64,000 bases of DNA. Origin: Thermoanaerobaculia bacterium. GTDB taxonomy: Bacteria > Acidobacteriota > Thermoanaerobaculia > Gp7-AA8. Position numbers and translations under genes: made by a program. Under the pieces are notes generated by a model, which was given only the letters and a program-made list of their open reading frames with translations, made no database searches and was not told the DNA's origin. The stretch's first letter is position 1. Each line of letters opens with the position of its first letter. Location: the NCBI GenBank assembly GCA_035544735.1, contig DATKCD010000013.1, forward strand, positions 3,412 through 67,411. Direction: 5' to 3'. Positions 41,097-51,372 of this stretch are shown piece after piece.

Positions 41097-43529
41097 TCAC
41101 TCGATGCCGCGCTCGCCGCGGATCCGCTCGGCGAGCTGCTCGATGTGGAGCGAGATCCGCTCCTTTCGGAGGCGCTCGGCGCGCTCGAGCTCGTCCTCGG
41201 AGGCTCCGGGAAAGGCTCGGCCGAGCGGACTCATCTGACGCGCGAGAAGGACGAAGTTCTTCAGCCACGAGAGGTCGCGATCGATGAGCCGCCCGCTCTC
41301 GTACTCGACCGCCGGAAGGTCATCGACGTGGGGCTCGACTCCTTCGGTCATCGCCGCGACGCCTGCGGCGTCGACCAGAAGCATGCTCGCGAGGTCGATC
41401 TCGTTCTCGACGCCGATCGGCTCGAGCTCGGCGGCGATCTCACCTTCGAGTCTCGCTGCGACGCGGTCGAGCGGGATCGGCCCCTGCTCGAGGCGTCCCA
41501 GAATGATCGTGAACGAGTTCGAGACATTCGGCACGTACCAGATGCTCGCGTCGGGAAACACGTCGCGGAACGCGCGCAGGATCATCAGGTAGTTGCGCTC
41601 GGTGAGGGAGTACATCGGAAGCCACATCGAGATCACGCCGTCGGGGCTCAGCCTCTCGCGGCAGAGCTCGAAGTAATCCTTCGTGTACAGCGATCCGTTG
41701 CCGGCATAGCGGGGATGGATCGAGTCGGAGAGGAGGACGTCGAACGACTCCCGGCTGGCGAGGACGAAGTTGCGCCCGTCGTTGATCTCGACGCGGACGC
41801 GCGGGTCGTCGAGCACCCCGTTGTTGACTTCCCGAAGCATGGAGCTCGAGACCTCGATCACTTCCGGCGAGATCTCGGCGACGACGATCTCCTCGACGGG
41901 ATGGCGGGAGACCGCCCAGGCGGTGCCGCCGCTGCCGAAGCCGATGTGAAGAACCTTCTTCGGCTCGGGATGGATCAGCAGCGGCAGATGACCCTGGAGC
42001 TTCTGCGTCCCGATGAGCTCGGGCGAGGTTCCGGCGACGTTGACGCCGTTGAGCTCGAGAGAGAGGACCTCGGGGCCGAGACGGCGCAGCGTGACCGTGG
42101 CGGAGACGTCCTCGCGGAACAGGAGCACGGGCGCCCGGGCGTCGACGAACAGTCCCGCCGACAGGATGACCTGATCGGGGCGGGCCAGAACGAACGAGAG
42201 ACCGACGGCGCCGACCGCGGCGGCCGCGGTGGCGAGCGCCGCCGCCCCCCGCTCTCTTCCCCGAACGAGGAACCAGAGCCCGATCACGAGATTGATCGCG
42301 GCCATGAGGAACAGGCCGTTCTGCGATCCGAGCAGCCGGATCAGGACGAAGCCGGCGAGCAGCGATCCCGCGATGCTTCCGAGGGTGTTGGCGAAGTAGA
42401 TCACGCCGACCGAGCGCGCCTCACTCCGCTCCGCAGCGAGGCTGTAGATCTTGACCACGACCGGGAAGGTCGCCCCCATCAGTACCGTCGGAATCAGGAG
42501 CGCCGAGAGAACGGCGACCAGCAGCGTCACCAGAGTGCCGAACTGACCGGAGGCCCCGACGGTGCGGGCGATCGCTTCGAGCACGTCGGCGAATCGGGTG
42601 AAGTAGTGGATCTGGGCGGCCAGGGCGGCGGCGAGCGCGAGCTCGAGGATCGCGAGCAGCCTCTCGAGTCGCGCCCGCTCGATGATCCGGTAGACCAGCG
42701 CGCTGCCGATCGCGAGGCCGATGAGGAAACAGAACAGCATCAGCGCGTACGCGTAGACGCTGCTTCCGAGGTGGAGCACCAGAATCCGCGACCAGAACAC
42801 CTCGTCGGCGATCGAGCTGAGGCCCATGAAGAAGGCCGCCACCACCGCCGCCCACGCCGCGATCGGACCCGCCGAAGACTCCTCGAGCGAGGGAGGCTCC
42901 ACCGGCAGGTTCGATCGCGAGGTCCACGCCAGAAACGTCGAGAACGCCGCCAGCCCGAAATTGAGTGCCACCGCGATCCCGATCGTCGCCGTCAGCCCGA
43001 CCGTCGGGATGAGCCAGAACCCCGCGAGCGCCACTCCCGCCGTCGCTCCGAAGGTGTTCGCCGCGTACAGCGACGACACGGCGCGGCCGCTCGCGAGGCG
43101 CTCGCCCGAGAAAAAGCGGACCAGCACCGGCAGAGTCCCTCCCATCAGGACCGTCGGCGGGAGCAGAAACAGCGACGCGGCTCCGATCCGGAACAGGGTC
43201 AGCAGCAGCGGCTGGTCCCCGATCGAGGGATGCGCCGTCACGTAGAGCCGGTCGAGCAGCTCGAATGCATTGGACGAGAACGCGCCGATCGCGCCGATCA
43301 CCGCTTCGAGCACGGCATACAGCACCAGCGGCCGCACGCGATGGAAAAAGCGGCCGAACAGGTATCCGCCGATTCCGAGACCCGCGAGGAAGATCGCGAT
43401 CAGCGTCGCCGCCGCGTGGACCGTGTTTCCGAAGACCAGACCGAGATATTTGAGCCAGGAGATCTGATAGAGGAGGGCGCTGAGACCGGAAACGAAGAAC
43501 ACGCCGAGAACCACGCCTCTGGCCCGCAT
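41097..43529 (-). CDS. Fused polytopic membrane domain (two MFS-like halves) + spermidine-synthase-like domain + C-terminal helical tail
   Basis: Start refined to MRARGVVLGVFF. LHIGFGSGGTAWA...VAEISPEVIEV...DGRNFVLAS...FDVLLSDS. Paralogue of 10000-11601. Confidence 0.8.
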   Translation of the reverse strand: MRARGVVLGVFFVSGLSALLYQISWLKYLGLVFGNTVHAAATLIAIFLAGLGIGGYLFGRFFHRVRPLVLYAVLEAVIGAIGAFSSNAFELLDRLYVTAHPSIGDQPLLLTLFRIGAASLFLLPPTVLMGGTLPVLVRFFSGERLASGRAVSSLYAANTFGATAGVALAGFWLIPTVGLTATIGIAVALNFGLAAFSTFLAWTSRSNLPVEPPSLEESSAGPIAAWAAVVAAFFMGLSSIADEVFWSRILVLHLGSSVYAYALMLFCFLIGLAIGSALVYRIIERARLERLLAILELALAAALAAQIHYFTRFADVLEAIARTVGASGQFGTLVTLLVAVLSALLIPTVLMGATFPVVVKIYSLAAERSEARSVGVIYFANTLGSIAGSLLAGFVLIRLLGSQNGLFLMAAINLVIGLWFLVRGRERGAAALATAAAAVGAVGLSFVLARPDQVILSAGLFVDARAPVLLFREDVSATVTLRRLGPEVLSLELNGVNVAGTSPELIGTQKLQGHLPLLIHPEPKKVLHIGFGSGGTAWAVSRHPVEEIVVAEISPEVIEVSSSMLREVNNGVLDDPRVRVEINDGRNFVLASRESFDVLLSDSIHPRYAGNGSLYTKDYFELCRERLSPDGVISMWLPMYSLTERNYLMILRAFRDVFPDASIWYVPNVSNSFTIILGRLEQGPIPLDRVAARLEGEIAAELEPIGVENEIDLASMLLVDAAGVAAMTEGVEPHVDDLPAVEYESGRLIDRDLSWLKNFVLLARQMSPLGRAFPGASEDELERAERLRKERISLHIEQLAERIRGERGIE

Positions 43530-43649
43530 GCGCCGATTGTAACCGGTTTGTCCGCGCCGCCGGCTCGACCGCGGGCCGCGAATCGCGTTCCACCGCTCCC
43601 GACTCCGATCTATGATCCGCTGCACCGGAGCCCGGAGCCGCCTGCCGCC

Positions 43650-44342
43650 ATGCTCAACCGCTACCATCTCGATGCCGCACTGGAGCCCGGAACGTCGGTC
43701 GTTCTCGAAGGGGACGAGCACCATCACGCCGTGCGCGTGCACCGCGTCCGTGAGGGGGAGGGAGTCGAGCTGTTCGACGGGCGGGGGATTGCGGTCCTCG
43801 CCCGGATCGAATCGATCGGCCCGCGCTCGCTCGGCCTGTCGATCGAATCGCGGATCGTTGAACCGCGCGAGCCGCGGTTGGAGCTCGAGCTCGCCGTCGC
43901 TCTGATCCATCCGGACCGGCTCGAGCTCGTGCTGCAGAAGGCGACCGAGATCGGAGTCGCCTCGTTCCAGCCGATCACGACTTCACGAACCGAGGTCCGA
44001 CCCGAGCGCGTGCTCGGCAGGTCCGAGCGCTGGGCGAAGATCGTGCTCGAGGCGGTCAAACAGTCCGGGAGGTCGGTCATCCCGCGGCTGGAGCCGGTGA
44101 TTCCCCTCGAGCAGGCGCTCGCCCGTCCCGGCGTCAACGTGATCCTCGATCCGAGCGGCGAGTCCTCCCCTCCGCCGGCCGCTTCGGTCCGGCTGTTCGT
44201 CGGACCGGAGGGAGGATGGAGCGAAGAGGAGCTCGACGCCGCGCGCCGCATGGGCGCCCACTCCTGGTCGCTCGGGCACCGGCGCCTGCGCGCGGAAACC
44301 GCGGCGATCGCCGGCGCGGCCCTCCTCCTGCTGCACGAGTGA
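43650..44342 (+). CDS. rsmE: 16S rRNA (uracil1498-N3)-methyltransferase
   Basis: Start refined to MLNRYHL. PUA-like N-domain and SPOUT C-domain (GPEGGWSEEE). The 1148-aa listed ORF is an artefact. Confidence 0.8.
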   Translation: MLNRYHLDAALEPGTSVVLEGDEHHHAVRVHRVREGEGVELFDGRGIAVLARIESIGPRSLGLSIESRIVEPREPRLELELAVALIHPDRLELVLQKATEIGVASFQPITTSRTEVRPERVLGRSERWAKIVLEAVKQSGRSVIPRLEPVIPLEQALARPGVNVILDPSGESSPPPAASVRLFVGPEGGWSEEELDAARRMGAHSWSLGHRRLRAETAAIAGAALLLLHE

Positions 44343-44422
44343 AGCGCTCCCCCTCTCCGGACCGGCATCGCTCGAATCAGCAATCGCGCGCTGCGGAAAA
44401 GAAAGCAGCATGCGCTCTGCGA

Positions 44423-45292
44423 TCAGTTTTCCGACGCACGGCGCGCTCCCTCCGCTCCGAGCACCCCGCACCACCACTCTCCTTTCGATGCCTCTTCGAC
44501 GACGTTCAGTCCGGTGAGCCGTGCGGCGGCGACGACTTCGTCGCGGTACGGAAGCATGATCCCGCTCACGATCGCCCGTCCGCCGGAGGCGAGCATGGCG
44601 GCGAGGCGGGGAAGATTGGGGACGATCACGTCGGGCAGGATGTTCATCGTCACGAGATCGAAGCGGGCGGAGGGGGCGAGGGCGTCGATCGGCCCGATGA
44701 AGAATTCGATCCGGCCCGGGGGGACCTGGTTGCGCTCGAGGTTCTTCGGGACGATCTCCCACGTCACGGGATCGTCGTCGAAGGCGAAGACGCGCGCGGC
44801 GCCGAGACGGAACATCCCGATCGCGAGGATTCCACTCCCCGTTCCGACGTCGAGACCGCGGCGCTCGACCATCTCGATCGTCTCGAGCATCTCGAGGCAG
44901 AGCGCAGTCGACTCGTGCGAGCCCGTCCCGAACGCCCGCTCCTGAGGAATTACGATCGGATCGCGTCCCGGCTCGCGCGGCAGCAGCGAAGCGTCCGGAG
45001 CCACCACGAACCGCCGGCCGATGAAGAGCGGCTCGAGCGACTGCCGGTACAGCTCCAGCCAGTCCTTCCGTTCGCGGTCCTGCTCCTCGAGCTCCAGCCC
45101 CTCGACCTCTCCCAGCACGGCGCGCGCTTCGGCACGCTCCTCCGCCGAGTCGAACCAGCACGCCACGACCGTCCGCCCTCCCCGCTCCCCGATCTCGCAC
45201 CCGCGGCAGCTCGTCAGGAACAGCAGCCCCTCCACGCGATCATCGAGATCCGTCCGCGGCTCGTAGACGATCTCGAGAACAAAGTCGCGCAT
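44423..45292 (-). CDS. prmA: Ribosomal protein L11 methyltransferase
   Basis: Start refined to MRDFVLEI. SAM motif LDVGTGSGILAI and TMNIL. The upstream part of the listed ORF (KTLKTLKT...) is a translated repeat. Confidence 0.85.
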   Translation of the reverse strand: MRDFVLEIVYEPRTDLDDRVEGLLFLTSCRGCEIGERGGRTVVACWFDSAEERAEARAVLGEVEGLELEEQDRERKDWLELYRQSLEPLFIGRRFVVAPDASLLPREPGRDPIVIPQERAFGTGSHESTALCLEMLETIEMVERRGLDVGTGSGILAIGMFRLGAARVFAFDDDPVTWEIVPKNLERNQVPPGRIEFFIGPIDALAPSARFDLVTMNILPDVIVPNLPRLAAMLASGGRAIVSGIMLPYRDEVVAAARLTGLNVVEEASKGEWWCGVLGAEGARRASEN

Positions 45293-45738
45293 GGGCGTCT
45301 TGGGCGTCTTGGGCGTCTTGGGCGTCCTGGGCGTCTGGAGCGTCCTGGGCGTCTTGGGCGTCTTGAGCGTCTTGAGCGTCTTGAGCGTCTTGAGCGTCTT
45401 GAGCGTCTTGAGCGTCGAGTATCGATTCACGTCGAAGATCCGGACCGTCCCCTGCCGTCGGCCGCACCGGGTCGGCCCGAGAGCCCGAGGAGTGAGGAGC
45501 AGGATCGTTCTATCTTCTACGTTCTACGTTCTACGTTCTATGTTCTGCGTTCAAGAAGATCTACAGAGGCTCCAGACGCTCCAGACGCTCCAGACGCTCC
45601 AGACGCTCCAGACGCTCCAGACGCTCCAGACGCTCCAGACGCCCTAGACGCTCCAGACGCCCTAGACGCCCTAGACGCCCTAGACGCTCAAGACGCCCTA
45701 GACGCTCCAGACGCCCTGGACGCCCAAGACGCTCAAGA
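45293..45738. repeat. Inverted 9-bp tandem-repeat element D
   Basis: About 14 direct GCGTCTNGN units (45293-45416). Unique spacer. ACGTTCT-type heptamer x5-6 (45511-45556). About 19 reverse-complement units (45565-45738) that cover the dnaJ stop. Confidence 0.9.
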
Positions 45739-46857
45739 GTCGGTGCCGGTGAAGAACTTCTTCGCTTTCCGGAAGACATTCGGCTCGGGGATTTCTTCTC
45801 CCTCGAGCTTCGCGTACTCCTCGAGGAGCTCGCGCTGACGCCCTTCGACCGAGGTCGGAATCTGGACGGTCACGTGGACGTAGTGATCGCCGCGGCCGCT
45901 GCCGTCGATCCACGGAACGCCCTTCCCCCGGATGCGGAAGATCTGGCTCGGCTGGGTTCCCGGGGGGATCCTGAGCGTCTCCGGGCCGTGAACGGTCTGG
46001 ACGGAGAGCTCGGCGCCGAGGGCTGCGCGCGTGAACGTGAGCGGCTCCTCGGAGTGAATGTCGTAGTCGCGCCGGGTGAACCGCGGATGCTCCTCGACGG
46101 AGATGAAGACGTAGAGGTCTCCCTGAGGGCCTCCGTTGGTTCCGGCCTCGCCTTCCGCGGCGAGGCGTAGGCGGGTGCCGTCGTCGACGCCGGGAGGGAT
46201 CTTGACGGTGATGCCCTTCTGCTCGCGGACGCGGCCGGCGCCGCCGCAGTCGGCGCAGGCGTCGGTGATCACGCGCCCGCTGCCGCCGCACTGGGGACAG
46301 GTGCGGGCGACGGCGAGAAAGCCCTGCGAGTACCGAACCTGTCCGCGGCCGCCGCAGAGGGTGCAGGGGGTCGGAGAAGTCCCCGGCTTCGCACCCGAGC
46401 CGCCGCACGGGGCGCAGGTTGCGGCGCGAGGGACTTCGATCCGGACGTCCTTGCCGAAGACGGCGTCCTCGAAGGCGAGACCGAGATCGTATCGGAGGTC
46501 GGCGCCCCGCATGGCGCGGGTGCCGCGCCGGCGACCTCCGCCGAACAGATCGCCGAAGCCGAACAGGTCGCCGAGGATGTCGGCGAAATCGGTGAACTGA
46601 GAGGGGTCGAAGCCGACGCCGGCGCCGAGGCCGCCGTGGCCGAACCGGTCGTATTTCGACCGCTTGTCGGCGTCGGAAAGGACGGCGTACGCCTCGGCGG
46701 CCTCCTTGAACTTCTCCTCGGCTGTCGCGTCTCCGGGGTTCTTGTCCGGGTGAAACTGGACGGCGAGGCGGCGGTAGGCCTTCTTGATCTGATCGACCGA
46801 GGCGTCGCGGGAAACGCCGAGAACCTCGTAATAGTCTCTTTTCTCGATTGTGGCCAT
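45733..46857 (-). CDS. dnaJ: Chaperone DnaJ
   Basis: J-domain HPD (HPDKNP). G/F region. Four CxxCxGxG zinc-finger repeats. Confidence 0.95.
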   Translation of the reverse strand: MATIEKRDYYEVLGVSRDASVDQIKKAYRRLAVQFHPDKNPGDATAEEKFKEAAEAYAVLSDADKRSKYDRFGHGGLGAGVGFDPSQFTDFADILGDLFGFGDLFGGGRRRGTRAMRGADLRYDLGLAFEDAVFGKDVRIEVPRAATCAPCGGSGAKPGTSPTPCTLCGGRGQVRYSQGFLAVARTCPQCGGSGRVITDACADCGGAGRVREQKGITVKIPPGVDDGTRLRLAAEGEAGTNGGPQGDLYVFISVEEHPRFTRRDYDIHSEEPLTFTRAALGAELSVQTVHGPETLRIPPGTQPSQIFRIRGKGVPWIDGSGRGDHYVHVTVQIPTSVEGRQRELLEEYAKLEGEEIPEPNVFRKAKKFFTGTDS

Positions 46858-46870
46858 CGGGGATTCTGGT

Positions 46871-48703
46871 TCACTCCACGACGGGGGGCTGGGTCTTGAG
46901 CGGGTTGTAGAGCATGACGGTGGTCAGGATGCGCGAGGCATTCTGGAGCTCGAAGATGGCGTCGTTGATCGCGTTTCTCTGTTCGCTCGTGACGGCCGCC
47001 TTGCCGGCGTTGATGGCCTTCTGGACCTTGTCGCGGTCTTCATCCGGGAGGAGTTTGCCGAACTCGCGGAAGACTTTCTCGTTGGTGTAGACCATCCCCT
47101 CGAGCTTGTTCTGGAGCTGGCGGATCTCGCGGCGCTCCTGGTCGGCGCGGGAGTGCTCCTGGGCTTCGTTGATGATGCGATCGATCTCGTCCTGAGTCAG
47201 ACCGCCGGCGGGATTGATCTGGACGCCCTGCTGCTGGCCGGTGGCCTGGTCGCGTGCGGTCACGTGCACGATGCCGTTCGAATCGATCGAGAAGGTGACC
47301 TCGATCTGGGGAACGCCGCGGGGTGCCGGAGGGATTCCGACCAGATCGAACTTGCCGAGGGATTTGTTCTCGCGGGAGAACTCGCGCTCGCCCTGCAGGA
47401 CGTGGATCTGCACCTTGTTCTGGTTCTCGGCGACGGTGGTGAAGATGAGGGAGTTCTTGGTCGGAATGGTGGCGTTGCGCTCGATGATCTTCGCGAACAG
47501 CCCGCCGTGGGTCTCGATGCCGAGCGAGAGGGGCGTGACGTCGAGCAGGACCATGTCCTTGATGTCGCCCCGGAGGATCGCCCCCTGCACGGCGGCTCCA
47601 ACCGCCACGACCTCGTCGGGATTGATGTTCCGGTTCGGATCCTTGCCGAAGACCCCTTTGACCGCTTCGATGACCTTCGGCATGCGCGTCTGCCCCCCGA
47701 CCAGGACGACCTCGTCGATCTGACTGGGGGAGAGGGCGGCGGCTTCGAGCGCGTTGCGGACCGGGTCGATCGTCTTCTGAATGAGGTCGTCGACCATCCG
47801 CTCGAACTCGGCGCGGCCCAGGACGCGGTTCAGATGCTTCGGACCCGACTGATCGGCGGAGATGAACGGCAGCGTGATGCGCGTTTCCTCGACCTGCGAG
47901 AGCTCACACTTCGCCTTTTCCGCCGCCTCCTTCAGCCGCTGCAGGGCCATCCGATCGTCGCGCAGATCGATCCCCGCTTCCCGTTGGAATCCCTCGATCA
48001 GCCAGTCGATGATCCGCTTGTCGAAGTCCTCCCCGCCGAGATAGGTGTCGCCGGAGGTCGAGAGCACCTCGAACAGACCGTCCTCGAGCTTCAGGATCGA
48101 GATGTCGAACGTTCCCCCGCCGAGGTCGTAGACGGCGATGATCTGATTCTTCTTGTTGTCGAGCCCGTAGGCGAGTGCGGCCGCGGTCGGCTCGTTGATG
48201 ATCCGGAGCACTTCGAGCCCCGCGATCCGCCCGGCATCGCGCGTGGCCTGCCTCTGGGAGTCGTTGAAGTAGGCGGGAACGGTGATGATCGTCTCCGTGA
48301 TCGCCTCGCCGAGGAACTCCTCGGCGAATGCCCGGATCTCCATCAGGACGAAGGCCGACACTTCCTCGGGCGAGAATTCGCGTTCGCGGATCTTGACCTT
48401 GATGTCGCCGTTGGACGCCGACACCACCTGGTAGGGAAGGACCTGCTTGGCGCGCGAGACTTCCTCGGTGTCGAATTTGCGGCCGATCAGGCGCTTGATC
48501 GCATAGACCGTATTGAACGGATTGGTGATCGCCTGGCGCTTCGCGATCTGTCCGACCAGACGCTCCCCGTCCTCGGTGAATCCGACCACCGAGGGGGTGG
48601 TCCGACTTCCCTCGCGGTTCGGTACGACCTGCGGAGTCGACACGTCGACTACGGCGACGCAGGAGTTCGTGGTGCCGAGATCGATTCCGATGATCTTCCC
48701 CAT
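46871..48703 (-). CDS. dnaK: Chaperone DnaK (Hsp70)
   Basis: Start refined to [39 protein letters not shown]. Confidence 0.97.
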   Translation of the reverse strand: MGKIIGIDLGTTNSCVAVVDVSTPQVVPNREGSRTTPSVVGFTEDGERLVGQIAKRQAITNPFNTVYAIKRLIGRKFDTEEVSRAKQVLPYQVVSASNGDIKVKIREREFSPEEVSAFVLMEIRAFAEEFLGEAITETIITVPAYFNDSQRQATRDAGRIAGLEVLRIINEPTAAALAYGLDNKKNQIIAVYDLGGGTFDISILKLEDGLFEVLSTSGDTYLGGEDFDKRIIDWLIEGFQREAGIDLRDDRMALQRLKEAAEKAKCELSQVEETRITLPFISADQSGPKHLNRVLGRAEFERMVDDLIQKTIDPVRNALEAAALSPSQIDEVVLVGGQTRMPKVIEAVKGVFGKDPNRNINPDEVVAVGAAVQGAILRGDIKDMVLLDVTPLSLGIETHGGLFAKIIERNATIPTKNSLIFTTVAENQNKVQIHVLQGEREFSRENKSLGKFDLVGIPPAPRGVPQIEVTFSIDSNGIVHVTARDQATGQQQGVQINPAGGLTQDEIDRIINEAQEHSRADQERREIRQLQNKLEGMVYTNEKVFREFGKLLPDEDRDKVQKAINAGKAAVTSEQRNAINDAIFELQNASRILTTVMLYNPLKTQPPVVE

Positions 48704-48710
48704 GCAATCC

Positions 48711-49364
48711 TCAGGACGGCTCCCCGCCCTCTGTCTCACCACTCCTCGGAGCCGCCGAGACCTTCACGAGCGCCGGTCGCAGCAGCCGGTCGTGCAACAG
48801 ATACCCCTTCTGGAGTACGTCGATCACACGATTCGGCTCCACTTCGTCGGTCTCTTCGCGGGCGATTGCCTCATGGTACGACGGATCGAACGGTTGTCCA
48901 GCGGGATCGTTCGAGCTGAGCCCCGCCCGGGCCAGCACGTCCGCAAGCTGCCTCTGGATCATCTCGACTCCCGTCCGGAAGTCATCGGCCGCCCCTCCCT
49001 CCACCGCGAGTGCCCGCTCGAGATTGTCGAGCACGGGCAGCAGTTCCCGGAGCGTGTCGGCCAGCGCGTAACGGCGGAACTCGCTCCGCTCCCGCTCGGC
49101 CCGTTTTCTGTAATTCTCCAGGTCGGCCCGTGTGCGGAGCAACTGGTCGCGCAGCTTCTCGCTTTCCGCCCGAACGGACTCGGCTCCGCCGCCCGCACCG
49201 CGCCCGGAACCGGCGGGCGGCGAGCTCGAATCCTCCTCACCGACCGGAACCGGGGCCTCCCGATAGCCGGCGAGCTCCTGAACCTCGTCGAGATCGCCGC
49301 TGTCGTCGATGACGTAAATGTCCTCGTCGCCGGAAACGTCGTCCGGCTCTTTTCGATCGCTCAC
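48711..49364 (-). CDS. grpE: Nucleotide exchange factor GrpE
   Basis: 217 aa. GrpE coiled-coil and beta domain. GTG start overlapping the hrcA stop as GTGA. Confidence 0.88.
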   Translation of the reverse strand: MSDRKEPDDVSGDEDIYVIDDSGDLDEVQELAGYREAPVPVGEEDSSSPPAGSGRGAGGGAESVRAESEKLRDQLLRTRADLENYRKRAERERSEFRRYALADTLRELLPVLDNLERALAVEGGAADDFRTGVEMIQRQLADVLARAGLSSNDPAGQPFDPSYHEAIAREETDEVEPNRVIDVLQKGYLLHDRLLRPALVKVSAAPRSGETEGGEPS

Positions 49365-50443
49365 GGTACGCTCTCCCCGGATGATTCCTCGATCTTACGA
49401 CCGAGCGCCTTGCCGAGGTACTCGACCAGCGGAAGGACCCGGCTGTATTCCATCCTCGTGGGTCCAATGACGGCGACCAGGCCCGCCGGCTGAATCATGC
49501 CGTAGCTGGTGGCCACGAGCGCGAAGTTGTAGCTGCCGGTGAACGGGCTTTCCGATCCGACCACGACCTGGAGGCCTTCCTCACCGAGACAGTGATTCAG
49601 GATCTGAACCAGCTTCTCCTTCTCTTCGAACGCGCGGAGGACCTTGCGCATGGCCTCGCCGTCGGCGCTCGCGAACTCCGGCTTGCTCAGGATCGAGCTC
49701 GCCCCTTCGACCCAGATCTCGTGCTCGGACGGAAGGAGCTCTTCGACCGCGCCGGCGCCGACCGCGAGCGTACGCCGCCACATCCGATCGAATCGGGCGC
49801 GCTCCTCGCGCATCAGCGTCACGAGCCGCTCGCGGATCTGAGCCAGGGTCAGCCCGACGAACTCGGCCGACAGATGACGGCCGATCCCCTCGGCTTCCTC
49901 CCGCGTGAGGACGTCGTCGATCTCGATCACCCGGTTCACGACCACGCCGTTGGTGGCGACGATCACGACCATCAGCCGCCGCTCGGCCACCAGGATCAGA
50001 TCGATGCTCCTCATCGCGATGTGCCGGAGGGTCGGCATGAACACCAGACCGACCTGATCGCTCAGCTTCGAGAGCAGGCGCGAAGTCATGTGCATCACGT
50101 CGTCGAGCTCGCCGATCTTCGCCACCTCGCCGTCGATCACTTCCCGCTCGTGCGAGGTCAGCCGTCGCGATCGCATCAGGTGATTGATGAAGAACCGGTA
50201 CCCTCGGTCGGTCGGAACCCGGCCCGCCGAGGTGTGCGGCTGATGGAGATAGCCGAGGTCTTCCAGATCCGCCATCACGTTGCGCAACGAAGCCGGCGAC
50301 AACTGGAACGCTCCCGACTTCGCGAGCGTCCGCGAGCTGACCGGCTCGCCGCTCGACACGTAGATCCGGACGACCTCGCGCAGGACCTCGCGCAGCCGGC
50401 TCTCGAGCTCGTCCCCGTTCGATTCCTGGCGATAGTTCGGCAT
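49361..50443 (-). CDS. hrcA: Heat-inducible transcription repressor HrcA
   Basis: Start refined to MPNYRQES. N-terminal wHTH EPVSSRTLA. HrcA C-domain. Confidence 0.9.
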   Translation of the reverse strand: MPNYRQESNGDELESRLREVLREVVRIYVSSGEPVSSRTLAKSGAFQLSPASLRNVMADLEDLGYLHQPHTSAGRVPTDRGYRFFINHLMRSRRLTSHEREVIDGEVAKIGELDDVMHMTSRLLSKLSDQVGLVFMPTLRHIAMRSIDLILVAERRLMVVIVATNGVVVNRVIEIDDVLTREEAEGIGRHLSAEFVGLTLAQIRERLVTLMREERARFDRMWRRTLAVGAGAVEELLPSEHEIWVEGASSILSKPEFASADGEAMRKVLRAFEEKEKLVQILNHCLGEEGLQVVVGSESPFTGSYNFALVATSYGMIQPAGLVAVIGPTRMEYSRVLPLVEYLGKALGRKIEESSGESVP

Positions 50444-50448
50444 CGGCG

Positions 50449-50475
50449 TTAGCACTCCTCCGCACTGAGTGCCAA
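50449..50475. promoter_or_regulatory. CIRCE operator (HrcA binding site)
   Basis: TTAGCACTC-ctccgcact-GAGTGCCAA. 17 of 18 match to TTAGCACTC-N9-GAGTGCTAA. Lies 6 nt upstream of the hrcA ATG. Confidence 0.85.
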
Positions 50476-50502
50476 ACTACCCGGGCGGCGGGGTGCTGTC
50501 AA
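50474..50502 (-). promoter_or_regulatory. Sigma-70-type promoter of the hrcA operon
   Basis: Minus strand reads TTGACA-17 nt-TAGTTT. The -10 overlaps the distal CIRCE half-site. Confidence 0.5.
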
Positions 50503-50640
50503 GGTGAACGATCTTCGGGCTTTACCTCATTCCGCCCCGCGGCAGGCTCCGTGCAACCCCCCGGACGAGCGCCAGAGCCGCCCGCCCCCGTGATTCCTCT
50601 TCTCACGGCGGGCAAAATCGGCTTTACTGGGGCCGCCGCC

Positions 50641-51285
50641 ATGAACGACCGCCTCCGGCTCGTCCCGCTCCTCCTCGCCCTGCTCACTCCGCCGTCCCTC
50701 GAGGCCGAGATCATCGACCGGATCGCGGCGCTGATCGATCGGCAGGTGATCACCCTCAGCGAAGTCAACCAGGTGGTCGAGATCCGCCTGCGCGCCCCCC
50801 GGCAGGGGGAGGACGAGGGGGAATATCGCCGGCGCGTGCTCGACGCCATGGTCGCGCACACCCTGCGCTACCGCGACGTCGAGCGCTTCGGGGCGGCGGA
50901 CGTCCCGGCGGACTCGATCGAGTCGCGGCTACGCGAGATCATCGCCCGGTTCCCCTCGGAGGAGGCGTTCACCGATACCCTGCTCCGCGTCGAGCTCACG
51001 CTCGACGAAGTGCGCGCTCTGATCAAGCGGCAGCTCCAGGTCCAGGCCTACGTCGACGAGCGGTTCGCGCCGATGATCTTCGTGTCGATCGAGGAGATCG
51101 AGTCGTATTACCGCGAGACCTGGGCGCCGCAGCGCCAGGAGCGCGGCCTTCGCGTCCCCCCGCTGGCAGAAGTCTCGGAGGAGATCCGGCGCCTGGTGCG
51201 CGCCGACCGTCTCCAGGACGAGATCGACCGCTGGACCGAGCAGCTCCGCGCCCGCGCCAACGTCGACATCTTCGTCTACCGGTGA
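50641..51285 (+). CDS. SurA-N-domain-like periplasmic chaperone (no PPIase domain)
   Basis: Start refined to MNDRLRLVPLLLALL (signal peptide). Helical SurA N-terminal-type composition. Confidence 0.45.
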   Translation: MNDRLRLVPLLLALLTPPSLEAEIIDRIAALIDRQVITLSEVNQVVEIRLRAPRQGEDEGEYRRRVLDAMVAHTLRYRDVERFGAADVPADSIESRLREIIARFPSEEAFTDTLLRVELTLDEVRALIKRQLQVQAYVDERFAPMIFVSIEEIESYYRETWAPQRQERGLRVPPLAEVSEEIRRLVRADRLQDEIDRWTEQLRARANVDIFVYR

Positions 51286-51372
51286 TCCGCCCGCCCCGGT
51301 GTGGTCGGGCGTCCCGACCGCCCCCGGGTGGGTGGCTGCGCCGAACCCGGTGTGATCATCGGGAGAGCGCCC

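Noticed and set aside
50455-50455. GTG at 50453-50455 as the hrcA start
   Set aside because: It lies inside the CIRCE operator. The ATG at 50441-50443 gives an N-terminus that aligns with other HrcA proteins and leaves CIRCE in the 5' UTR.
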